From positions 1-38,690 of IMG/VR virus record IMGVR_UViG_3300012231_000025: a DNA stretch of 38,690 nucleotides. One strand, 5' to 3'. The position numbers and the translations under genes were made by a program. Below the pieces are notes generated by a model that worked only from the letters and a program-made list of their open reading frames with translations, made no database searches and was not told where the DNA came from. Source of the DNA: a virus (Duplodnaviria > Caudoviricetes). This document shows, one piece after another, positions 9,701 through 15,564 of the stretch. The first letter of the stretch is position 1, and each line of letters begins with the position of its first letter.

Positions 9701-11823
9701 TCCGCCGGGTCCAGCTCGTCGAGGTGTCGTTTGCCCGTCAACCGCTCGGTGAAGGCCATGAAGGCCGTGTCGTTATCCCACGGGATGCCTTCCTGGTCGG
9801 CGAGCAGGTGAATCGCGGCAACGGCGGGTGCTACTTCTTCTTCAGCCGCTTCGATTTCCGGCCCTCGCTCAAGGCCATCACCGCCCGTTCCTGCGCCCCC
9901 CCGCTGGCCCGCAAGCCCAGCCTTCGGCATTTCGACGGTTTGGAGTTTCGGTTCTTGTTCCGATAATGGTTCTTCTTCTGTTGCAGTCAAACTTGTAGGT
10001 TTCAATCCTGCACCCACAACAGGTGGTGTTTCACGTGGAACTTGCCCAGCTTCACGGACGGGTATGTGTACTCCCGGCGGGACTTCGCCTTCCGGCACGC
10101 CATGACCCGGCGGCGGTATCTCGGCTTCGCCAGGCTTCAGCGGCGCTCCGGGCGGTTGCCGGCGTTCAAACGGCTTGGCCTCCTCGGGCATGAGGGCGGA
10201 TACCCCAGCGGTGACCGTTCCGGGGATCAGAAATCCCATGAACTCCGCCTGTAGTTGCTTCCAGCCGGGCCAAGGTTCACCCGCCTTCGGCATCTGCCAG
10301 ATGGGGTTGCCTTCCAGCCCTTGCAGCCGCGGATCATCGCCGCCCGCGGCGATGACTTCTTTCGCCGCGGCCTCCATCAGCTCGCCGATGCGCTCCTCTC
10401 CTATTTCCCCGAACACCCCGTTATAACCCGCCTTGTTGGTGAGCATTTGCATGGCGGAACTGATGGTCAGGTATTTGTTAGGGAAACGCGTAACAAGCTC
10501 CGTCGCGATCGCCGTTCGGAGTTTGCCGGCCCACTCGACGGCCTTCAGAGAGGGAAGCACGACTCGCTCGGCGCCTGCGGCCAATCGACCGAGTTTCCCG
10601 CCGATGATCCCCACCGACGCCCCCGTGAACTCGCTCACCACCTGGATGCCCTGGTGAACCGCAGAATCGCGTAGGGCCTCCAGGAGCGGTTGGGGCGGGG
10701 CCGTCATAGCGTATTCGAGCGCCGCGTCGTCTCCGGGTCTTAGCTCGTATCCTGGGACCTGTCTTTGCAGCGTCTCTACGGCCGTCCGCGTCGCCCAACT
10801 GGGCAGACCGCGTTCCGCCGTTTTGACTGCCGCGTGGACCGCGAGTCGGGGAAGGGTCTTTTCGGAAGCCGCTTCGGCGACCTTCATGGCCGCCTTGCTC
10901 ACCGCCGAGGACACGGTCTTACCGACCAGCTTCTCCGCTCCCTTGGCCATGAGCCGGGTAGGTCCTCCGCCAGTCGCATATTCCAGACCGACGGGGATCG
11001 ACTGCCCCAAGATGTCGACGCCCGTGCCCGCGACGGTCTTTCCGCGGCTCTCCCGCGCCTCTGTCTCTTTCGCTTTGGTCAGCAGCTCGAAGTCGTCGAT
11101 GGTTCCTGTTCCCGCGTCCATCCGGCTCGCGGCGGCGACCAGTTGGTAAGCGTCGATGCCCAGCGCCAAGGTCGAAACGTAGGGCAGTTTTCCGACCAAT
11201 CCACGCCAACTCTTGAATTCCCGCGCCACGACTTCGGGTGCCGTCTCCGGTGGGGGCAACCCATTCAAAGGTGGCAGTTGGTAGCGACGGCGGAAAATGT
11301 TTAGAAACCGCAGCTTCGCGTTGTCGGTGAGAAGGTTGTTGAAGTCGGGATGCTCGCGGGCCTCAAGCTCAGCCTGGGCGCCGAAGGCCCGCTCGGCCAT
11401 TTGCTGTTCGGGCGTCGGGCCGCCGCCGAACGCCTTTGATAGGCTTCCGGCGATGCTCTTGCCCACCCGCTGTATGAGGCCGGGGGGCTTTTCGAGGGGG
11501 CCGACGGGCGGGGCGGGACCAGTCGCCGCCTCCGCTGTTGAAACCGCCGCGGCGGGCGGCCACTGAGACACAATCTCCGGCGAGGGCGTAGCTTCTTCGG
11601 CCGGTGGCACGGTCGGCATAGCCGTCCCGCCCCGCATAAAGCCCGTCAGAATGTCGTCGTAGGTTTTGGGAGCCGACTGAACAGGAGCCTCGAAGCGCTG
11701 CAACAAGGCATCGTATGGCCCTGGCGTGGCTACGGGCGGCGTGGCGAACTTCGTCAGAAGGGCGTCGTACCCATTGCCGTCGGCGAAGGCGTCGCGGGTG
11801 AGTTCCTTGATCGGTTCGCCCAC
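715..11823 (-). CDS. Giant (3702 aa) polyvalent ejection-type protein with DarB-like N6-adenine DNA methyltransferase and SNF2/SF2 helicase domains
   Basis: MTase motifs YTPPEIV, VLETSAGVG (motif I) and ISNVPFG (motif IV). Helicase motifs AVGGGKT, DESQ, STGTPIDNS, MGTGVNVQ and QMEGRPIRQGN. Last gene of the ejection-protein block; C-terminal helical/hydrophobic region resembles LPD38-type ends. Confidence 0.88.
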   Translation of the reverse strand: MGEPIKELTRDAFADGNGYDALLTKFATPPVATPGPYDALLQRFEAPVQSAPKTYDDILTGFMRGGTAMPTVPPAEEATPSPEIVSQWPPAAAVSTAEAATGPAPPVGPLEKPPGLIQRVGKSIAGSLSKAFGGGPTPEQQMAERAFGAQAELEAREHPDFNNLLTDNAKLRFLNIFRRRYQLPPLNGLPPPETAPEVVAREFKSWRGLVGKLPYVSTLALGIDAYQLVAAASRMDAGTGTIDDFELLTKAKETEARESRGKTVAGTGVDILGQSIPVGLEYATGGGPTRLMAKGAEKLVGKTVSSAVSKAAMKVAEAASEKTLPRLAVHAAVKTAERGLPSWATRTAVETLQRQVPGYELRPGDDAALEYAMTAPPQPLLEALRDSAVHQGIQVVSEFTGASVGIIGGKLGRLAAGAERVVLPSLKAVEWAGKLRTAIATELVTRFPNKYLTISSAMQMLTNKAGYNGVFGEIGEERIGELMEAAAKEVIAAGGDDPRLQGLEGNPIWQMPKAGEPWPGWKQLQAEFMGFLIPGTVTAGVSALMPEEAKPFERRQPPGAPLKPGEAEIPPPGHGVPEGEVPPGVHIPVREAGQVPRETPPVVGAGLKPTSLTATEEEPLSEQEPKLQTVEMPKAGLAGQRGGAGTGGDGLERGPEIEAAEEEVAPAVAAIHLLADQEGIPWDNDTAFMAFTERLTGKRHLDELDPAELAAVRDAIEAGKRPEPQQPGVPVRPELTTPAPPASLTGVIDKSNAEVDRSKRIVDRLTWLLLRNVKGRPPTTAEVEGYKQAYIWDLRRALLKGGDSQSLWPDNKKTRTLYEAITGRTLPKGLEATRKYLTNNPGRYQDDITLLMALDEYVQENKLGLPLLKEAEQRAIRKTTLALPPVPEPPREEKPPKIEPIAPIGGIIKGETPHVRPTEQPKPRAEREPEPTAERQGGEPTPGRPRVGGPSLPEGRAPKDVQPPGESGAPAPVRPRAPSGGGGVDRPPGGERHEAGAGVRDRGGAVPPTAGVVSKSAQETYDAARAAYAAASKEYHQTAARYRKGDIDNDYFLAAKGKFNEANQRQLQAEEAFIQAKEEKAEPPSKKIPAEKKEPPEEPERPEVQVTHTVQRSGLSDYSITDPTSLFVSGKKSIFKRNVEAIRTLKKIQEENRAATEDEKAVLVRYQGWGSVSEAFRSLYGTLKNEWSREGEELGELLTDEEYAAARSSTLNAMYTPPEIVQGMWEALRRMGFLGGAVLETSAGVGHFLGLQPLDMADASRRVAIEKDTISAGIAAALYPASDVRHSPFEEAALPKDYFDVAISNVPFGQLFIKDKRYPKGLREFIHDYFFVRGLDLVHPGGIVAFITTKGTMDKLSEKVRAYLGERADLIGAVRLNEDSLPGTKVTADILFLRKRGEGEAPGGEAWLHSKPYEALKDRWVNEYFQKHPEMVLGTIKAGSQYTSEDAPTNTIVEAPEGFDLARDLEIALSKLPRDLFGKVEGGRTDRIDPLEMVPSPDDLPAGALFVGSDGALRRAQNRGEPSGNVERSLLEQHGPKAVQRVKGLVELRDGVLEVLRASVDPKGDERLPALQKKINEIYDRLGKDGITPIHATANGKLLAGDPLTFSLLGSVENYDRATKTGTKGDIFTRRMLEPYRPPSSAENTSDALSIALDESNRVDLSRIAELLGVEEATAKTRLIEESLVYEMPAEELVLASDYLSGNVRAKLRDAEGLAKMEDRYKRNVEALKAVQPEDKPPSRIAPVIGAPWIPAETIEDFMVSILGEKVRRSISVRRGNATGRWFVSAPSWTATGAAATETWGTKDMDFVELIKAKLSMKSPRVTEKFTDADDTKRERVNPEATAAAEAKLAEINAYFETWLWSHKKWGPHVLRVFNEEMNNTAPRKWDGSHLTFPGMNPQIKLDPHQKDGVYRAIASPNNTLLAVAVGGGKTFMLTAAAMETLRLRLARKVAIVVERATLNQFIKQARLLYPGGNFIALSASDLQEKNRAATLARVAAAERTVFIIPHKQFTMLPVGEATLRSYYDEMIEAMEESIADMSEDSDKASKKSVKQMEKARDNLQARMEERIEDIRRTPTLTFEELGLDWIMYDESQKVKNLGFQTQLNNVRGLGHPAGNQITTDLYVKARYVQKLQNGRGVVFSTGTPIDNSISEIYAIQRYLQPEKLREIGISSFDDWVRMFALPAADLERVAGRYKMVTRLREYLNLHALYQMWDEIAHFVAHEAVSETLAKRVGSSPMPIFAMNSRGKRTYELVVLEATPAQIEYRKVIAQRVRDLKPRPKSGDDIMLSIISDEKKAALDMRLVLPGLAEEPGNKIAATAERAAAIYKEGHKHRYTQLIFVNQGPPGSKVGFALYSALIEKIVGAGVPRDQIATIYDAQKDEQKQALFEKVNRGDLRILIGSMAKMGTGVNVQERVLALQQMEPAWTPALLTQMEGRPIRQGNINWGDPTKPQEVRMYRYVSKGSSDEFMYSLLAAKQKVISEFLSGRLDADRIQDVDIGFASFQLAMAESSENKTVLEWTKADQQLRTLQGQLRYHRDAQMDLRKKELRTKAIIEKTAEDLKAAKRIADWAAGLPPAKPFTMSVRGKEYDKMGEAGAALFESAKSNSIGVWTPLGTFRGVGVAVKVDGFGQSTAHMTPPADMRSDWDRLAHAPPTVGGVGTIPSEGQLRAWIMGLTDMLMDVSPAAYAARLATAKEELAEIGRNIDKPFGKQKELDQLAAKVRKLTDEIAAVADQANKAAEGGAAEDMGDQEGEEEDEDGEGPRKPEPGGGGISPGFGKREESLLPPNMTPEYRAWVTENWGGNVPLFGMGAMGAGNPALTGLRGWYVRSWEKWVSKPWFNRKTAKGQAISNAISGSLWDLGWNMSQATRNEFERAKGASAVAAEYRANLDERLNRHVGEVREKGIGAKWPETAWKEIKSVAKAVLGGGHNRPENMPPDMRAVWKEHFASWVKKQSGRGVSREEYEASIEARLAAVQERIDKIHDTTIGHAMPKEGWDVYALTEHALIEEVARGKRPYEDISPAMREWLGNAKSILDELTDEILSTPWLLKMAQLGGLENWKEIVEARKASGLIYLQRLYNYHQKKRHPVRSMVWAEHKLLGPRLALGMFKAKRADEKLWTVRKANLQERQFDSPDAAKAFADQEIERNQARYGEMVKERVKIIPPLEDEQVEWLGPVKDMRILLGSTITSLMKNVAFGKLFHYLNETEAISEAEYNDLDEGEQMRYRQLPDTPKLWDLANKYVPAGVEDAINEMDLVFTGFLSQYWRSALNAFRSIVVLTSTTTWINQVLGQTFTWMLAGLNPLTHKAVFIEAAKRLSNGVADPTVKNLLGMNALRGGWDRNGVGAKASEFISAPHGQVVGGLIDLYLWAKKAGHELGKGYGFIDEVSIVASWIRDREVLGLPEEIATENLRWFQNYNRLGQAAKWLRVLPFGDPFAAFSDQAIKITIKGMREHPGRVLAYYALPGVIHLTSRLLLGVTDDEMKILNTSRSRDAQGPFGWLQGWNDRYFQPILPLPRDKQGRLHTMDMRYLYWLGNEMRVATGPGGIGIPHIMRQPLFGPLAELWPNVTAYGGREIMDRNDPAIVQLWDAAKHVAWGSIPAPKLATRSPFRIYEAATGRSGENLIKVLLKEVFGINILPQYASREEAFRLIKEAYGVAGGHRWERLLTFYERYAHPKSAPITERGLRQSIASDERKAEEP
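8787..9083 (-). CDS. Nested out-of-frame 98-aa TnpV-like protein inside the giant gene
   Basis: Globular, helical-looking translation LRYLKEERPKTYNRLEKAERLHLY...LVESGMKPEQAYEIV..QYLQLPE resembles TnpV-family proteins. Preceded by TGgTATAAT and GGGAG. The host frame is P/G/R-rich over the same stretch. Confidence 0.7.
   Translation of the reverse strand: MLGQQNNQNHVQNGSPNPPQSDKEASQRLGDLGWEALRYLKEERPKTYNRLEKAERLHLYALERQAAAEASIARLVESGMKPEQAYEIVAGQYLQLPE
9101..9127 (-). promoter_or_regulatory. Intragenic extended -10 promoter (TGgTATAAT) with adjacent inverted repeat ACCTAT-N7-ATAGGT
   Basis: Perfect TGnTATAAT at 9109-9101 on the minus strand, 17 nt upstream of ATG 9083; 6-bp inverted repeat at 9109-9114/9122-9127; no good -35. 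Confidence 0.6.
10027..10042. other. parS-like ParB-binding palindrome
   Basis: TGTTTCACGTGGAACT matches 15/16 of the chromosomal parS consensus TGTTTCACGTGNAACA; encodes VPRET in the giant protein. Confidence 0.6.
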
Positions 11824-11826
11824 AAG

Positions 11827-12942
11827 TTAGTTCCCCAACTCTTTGACGCGCATCGTGAACTCGTAGGCCCTACGGTTGGCCATTTCCTCGGCGCGGGCCT
11901 TCCTTGCGGGGATGGTAGCCAGGCCAATGGGACCCTCCATCATGCCCATGATCCCCGGACGCCTCGGAGTCGCCGCTTTTTCGGCTTCAAACGTGGCCAG
12001 GACCTCCTCATCCGTGGGCATGAACGCGCCCGCCTCGAATGCCGCTTTGATTTCATCGGGAGTCGGGGCGTTCTGTGCGGCTAAGTTGCGGAGGAGTTTC
12101 TTCTGCCCGGCGTTGGCCGTGGCCGAAACGGAGTCCACATAATCCATCAGGGCCATTTTCGCGCGCAGTTTTTCGGCAACCGCCGTGGGCCGCACGGTGT
12201 TGCTTCCCTCGTCCGCCGTCTCCGTGATCGCTTTGACCAAACCGCGACGCCCGTACAGTTTTTCTTGGAGGTCGCCCGTGTTCAGGAGGCTCGTCTTGTC
12301 CGCCGTGGGTACTCTCCCCGCTCCCGGTCCGCGTTCCTGCTCTTCGACCATGCCTCGGATGCCCGTCTGGGTTTGCCCTAATGCCTCTTGTTCCGCAACC
12401 ATCTTTGCGAGCAGTTGTTCTTTCGCCGTTGGTTCCGCCCGGCGGTTCATTCCCTCACGCTGCAATTCGTGGCCTTCGCGCTGGACTGCGACGCCTTCCG
12501 CATGACGCCGCTCGGTCGCCAGGTCCGTCCTCGCGTACCGCTCCTGCTCCTGCGCGTGATACTCCTCCGCTAGGTATTGCTTATACCCATTGTCAACCGC
12601 CTGAAACACCTGGGGCGAGACGAACTTTTTCCCGGCCAGTTGCGGGAAATTCCGCCGCGCCCATTCCGGCGGGCTGAGGATCCTGCGCGTGGCAGCGACG
12701 TTTTCAGGAACGGGGCGAGCCGGGGCCATCGGCGCGGACCCTTCGCGGCTCAGGGCAGGACCCGGCCCGCCCTTGGAGGGTGATGCGGCTTGGGAGTTTT
12801 CGAGTTTCGTGCGGATGCCCGACAGAGCCATGTCCTTCACCGCTTGGACGGCCAGGGGGCGGGCTGGATTTTCCGCGAAATCGAACGCCTGCTCATCGGC
12901 AGGCGGTGCGTACTGTGGTCGTAGGGACATGATCCCGGGCAT
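11827..12942 (-). CDS. Putative internal virion/ejection protein (371 aa)
   Basis: A/E/R/Q-rich helical protein immediately upstream of the giant gene; position typical of podovirus ejection proteins. Confidence 0.55.
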   Translation of the reverse strand: MPGIMSLRPQYAPPADEQAFDFAENPARPLAVQAVKDMALSGIRTKLENSQAASPSKGGPGPALSREGSAPMAPARPVPENVAATRRILSPPEWARRNFPQLAGKKFVSPQVFQAVDNGYKQYLAEEYHAQEQERYARTDLATERRHAEGVAVQREGHELQREGMNRRAEPTAKEQLLAKMVAEQEALGQTQTGIRGMVEEQERGPGAGRVPTADKTSLLNTGDLQEKLYGRRGLVKAITETADEGSNTVRPTAVAEKLRAKMALMDYVDSVSATANAGQKKLLRNLAAQNAPTPDEIKAAFEAGAFMPTDEEVLATFEAEKAATPRRPGIMGMMEGPIGLATIPARKARAEEMANRRAYEFTMRVKELGN

Positions 12943-13235
12943 CAGGTTCCCTCCAATTGCTCGCGGGCCATGTTCCCATAGTTGGCGTGAATCTGTCGTT
13001 CGATCTTCATCGCTAAAGCGGCCGCGTGCAGGGACATCAGGCCGTGAATCTGGGTCACCGGCCCGAACGTCTGCGACATGGTGACCGGCTCAACCTTCCC
13101 CGGCTTCGTGGCGATCATGGCGTCGAACAGAACCACCGTGCAGAGGTTGCGCGAAGCGAACTCCGCCAACAACTCCTCCCGCGTGGCGTGGGCCAGGTAG
13201 TGTTTGAGCGTGTCGCGTTGTTCCGTACAGTGCAT
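12942..13235 (-). CDS. Hypothetical protein (97 aa), paralogue of 27801-28049
   Basis: MHCTEQRDTLKHYLAHATREELLAEFASRNLCTVVL...; fills the gap between 13241 and 12942; its TGA overlaps the next ATG. Confidence 0.6.
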   Translation of the reverse strand: MHCTEQRDTLKHYLAHATREELLAEFASRNLCTVVLFDAMIATKPGKVEPVTMSQTFGPVTQIHGLMSLHAAALAMKIERQIHANYGNMAREQLEGT

Positions 13236-13240
13236 TGTGT

Positions 13241-13762
13241 CTACATCCCGGGGAAGCCACCCGGCGACGGGTACGGCGCGCTCGGGTAGGGCGCCTCGAA
13301 CCCATACTGCGCCATCGAAACACTGTCGCCGTACAGCGCTTGGTTGCGCTGGATCCCCGTGGAGAAGTCCATCAGGTTCCCGCCCAGGTTCGACGGTTGC
13401 CCGCCCTGCGATTGATCGTACGCCCCCCCGACGGTTGCTCCTAAGCTCGCGCCCGCCGTAATGGCCGGAAGGGCCGCCAGAGACAGCCCGCCGGTCGGTA
13501 TGGCGAGCAGTCCCGCCCCGATCGCCCCTATGGCCCCGCCCGCCAGAGCGCCGGAGCCGCCTTGCTTCGCCGCGGCCTTCTTCGCCTGTCGATCCTCGGC
13601 GATCTTTCGCAAGAGCATCATCATGGTGTCGCGTTGCTTCTGCTCGTGCGCGATCCGGGCCATGCGCAACTGCATTCCCAGTTGCGCATCGCGGTTGGCC
13701 GAACCCGCAAGCAGGTTCGTGTTGGCCATCGCCCCACCCCAACTTGGCGCTTGAACCATCAT
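13241..13762 (-). CDS. Putative DNA pilot/ejection protein (173 aa)
   Basis: Gly/Ala-rich hydrophobic stretch GALAGGAIGAIGAGLLAIPTGGLSLAAL typical of P22 gp7/gp20-like ejection proteins; ATGA overlap with the upstream gene. Confidence 0.6.
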   Translation of the reverse strand: MMVQAPSWGGAMANTNLLAGSANRDAQLGMQLRMARIAHEQKQRDTMMMLLRKIAEDRQAKKAAAKQGGSGALAGGAIGAIGAGLLAIPTGGLSLAALPAITAGASLGATVGGAYDQSQGGQPSNLGGNLMDFSTGIQRNQALYGDSVSMAQYGFEAPYPSAPYPSPGGFPGM

Positions 13763-14865
13763 GCCGCTTGGTTCCTCTGGTCAAACAAGGAGGCCAGACC
13801 ACCTAGCCCCGCAATGGCATAATTTTTAGCCCCACCGCCCGAGGCGGAAAGCAACTGGTTGACCAAATCCTGTATGTCGAACTTCGATTCTTCCTCCATC
13901 GCCGCGATCATCCGTTCCGCTTGCGCGGCTTGCTTCTCCGCTTGCCGTGAGCCCTCGGCCAAGGCAGGCCAGACGGTGTAATCGGTCGGCTCGAAGTCCA
14001 GGCCCATTTCCAGCGCCGCTAAGGCACCAGCTAGTTGACTGCGCGCATTCTGATATTGTAGATCGAGGCCCTCGTAACCCCCCGCCGTTTGGGCAAGGTT
14101 AGCGATCGCCTGCTGGCTTAGGGTCCGCTGAGCCTGGTCGAATCCGCCTCGGACCATCGTCTCGCCGATGTTGGCCTGCCCCGCGAGGAGCGCGCTTCGA
14201 TCCATCGCCGCACTGCCTGCGCCCATTCCACGGGCGGCGGCATTGCCCGCCAACTGTGCTTGCCCGCGGGCCGTTTGTTGGGCGATCGGCAACACCGCCG
14301 CGGTACGCTCCATCGGGCTGAAAAACTGATACCCCGGCGCGGCGCGTTCACTCATGGCGTCCATCACCATCTGCCGGAACGGGTCGTTGGCCCAGCTCTC
14401 CGCCCCGGCCTCCACGCTGCTCATCTGCTCGCCGAGCCATTGCCGCCCGGCCGCCTGCCCAGCCAACTTCTTTTGCTCGATTCGCCAAGCGTCCTGTTCG
14501 CTCAGGATCATCGCTGGGCGTTGCTCGGGCGTCGCACCCTGATATAAATCGTAGAAGCTCGACGCCCCTTGAAGCCCCATCCAATCGGGCACGGTCAGAT
14601 CGGGAGTGAAGCCCGGCCCCCAGTACGGCTTTCTGATGGGCGCGCCCGTTGCCGGATCGAAAGATAGACCGGGAATTTCCCACCAGGGTTTGTAGTTGAC
14701 GTAACCGCCGGCACTGGCCGGATCGGTGCTCGCCGCTGCGCCACCTGGTTTGCCACCGATGGGGGTCCCGGGGTCCTTGGTTTTAGTCATCAATCCCGAT
14801 TTGGTCGACGGACCGGGATTGGCCCAGCTCGCGCTTCCCGTCCAACCTTGTGTGCTTGCGGCCAT
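13759..14865 (-). CDS. Putative ejection protein (368 aa)
   Basis: Q/A/G-rich, with an AARGMGAGS motif common in podovirus ejection proteins; GGAG RBS; syntenic position. Confidence 0.6.
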   Translation of the reverse strand: MAASTQGWTGSASWANPGPSTKSGLMTKTKDPGTPIGGKPGGAAASTDPASAGGYVNYKPWWEIPGLSFDPATGAPIRKPYWGPGFTPDLTVPDWMGLQGASSFYDLYQGATPEQRPAMILSEQDAWRIEQKKLAGQAAGRQWLGEQMSSVEAGAESWANDPFRQMVMDAMSERAAPGYQFFSPMERTAAVLPIAQQTARGQAQLAGNAAARGMGAGSAAMDRSALLAGQANIGETMVRGGFDQAQRTLSQQAIANLAQTAGGYEGLDLQYQNARSQLAGALAALEMGLDFEPTDYTVWPALAEGSRQAEKQAAQAERMIAAMEEESKFDIQDLVNQLLSASGGGAKNYAIAGLGGLASLFDQRNQAA

Positions 14866-14883
14866 TGCGGCTACTCCGCCACG

Positions 14884-15057
14884 TCAAAAGATCGCCCAGA
14901 AGGGGAATTGCTCGGGGTCGCCAAGGGGCACCGGACCGCCCGCGACCCCGCCCTCTCCGGGATCAACGCCGGCGGCTTGCGGAGCACCTACGGGTTCCCC
15001 GCCGAACGCCGCGGTTGTGTCGAGCAAAATAGGAGGTCCGCCGTCTTCAAACGGCAT
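14884..15057 (-). CDS. Small Gly/Pro-rich protein (57 aa)
   Basis: Below the ORF-track cut-off: MPFEDGGPPILLDTTAAFGGEPVGAPQAAGVDPGEGGVAGGPVPLGDPEQFPFWAIF; GGAGGAG RBS at the end of the previous gene; fills the gap. Confidence 0.6.
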   Translation of the reverse strand: MPFEDGGPPILLDTTAAFGGEPVGAPQAAGVDPGEGGVAGGPVPLGDPEQFPFWAIF

Positions 15058-15060
15058 GGG

Positions 15061-15516
15061 CTACTCCTCCATAAAAAATTCGTAGCGCACCGCAAACCCC
15101 GGGCTGCTCGTCAAACAACGCAGGCCCCACCTAGTCGCCGTGTCCATGATGATGAACCCGTTGCGCGTCGGCGGGCGCCAAATGAACATCGCCTGTTGGT
15201 GCAGGGTGATCCAATAATGCGCCGTGAGGGTTGCCGGTTCCACCGTCGGCGTAATGTGCACCGTGGTCAGGATCGAACCCGAGAACGCGGGAATTTCCTT
15301 CACAATGTTGGCCGAGTCATCGGTAAACGTCCCATCGGCGCTGGCTATCCCCAGCTCCCATTTGAGGGGTGCCGAGGCGGACGTCGACCCGATGGGCATG
15401 ATAGCGATGGCGTGCAAGAGGCATCGCTCATTCGTGGGTACGCGAGCCTGCCACTGGGTTTGCGGCTGGGCCCCTGGGGTTACTTCAACTTTGTGGCTGA
15501 ACAGTTTCTGTGCCAT
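15061..15516 (-). CDS. Putative virion beta-sandwich protein (151 aa), paralogue of 35129-35596
   Basis: Start reassigned to MAQKLF (AAAGGA RBS); beta-rich; T.EP and W.P motifs; ends FMEE; directly after the nozzle gene. Confidence 0.6.
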   Translation of the reverse strand: MAQKLFSHKVEVTPGAQPQTQWQARVPTNERCLLHAIAIMPIGSTSASAPLKWELGIASADGTFTDDSANIVKEIPAFSGSILTTVHITPTVEPATLTAHYWITLHQQAMFIWRPPTRNGFIIMDTATRWGLRCLTSSPGFAVRYEFFMEE

Positions 15517-15564
15517 GATCGTTTTTCCTTTGTGTAAGTATGGCCTCGCGGCCCATGCAGTCAA

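Noticed and set aside
9831-9990. Second shifted-frame peptide in the giant gene (…QERAVMALSEGRKSKRLKKK) faintly like small basic phage proteins
   Set aside because: No convincing start codon, RBS or promoter; too short to support.
12942-13802. 286-aa version of the ORF ending at 12942
   Set aside because: The first 189 codons overlap the 173-aa ejection gene and read as R/G-rich off-frame sequence; the likely start is 13235.
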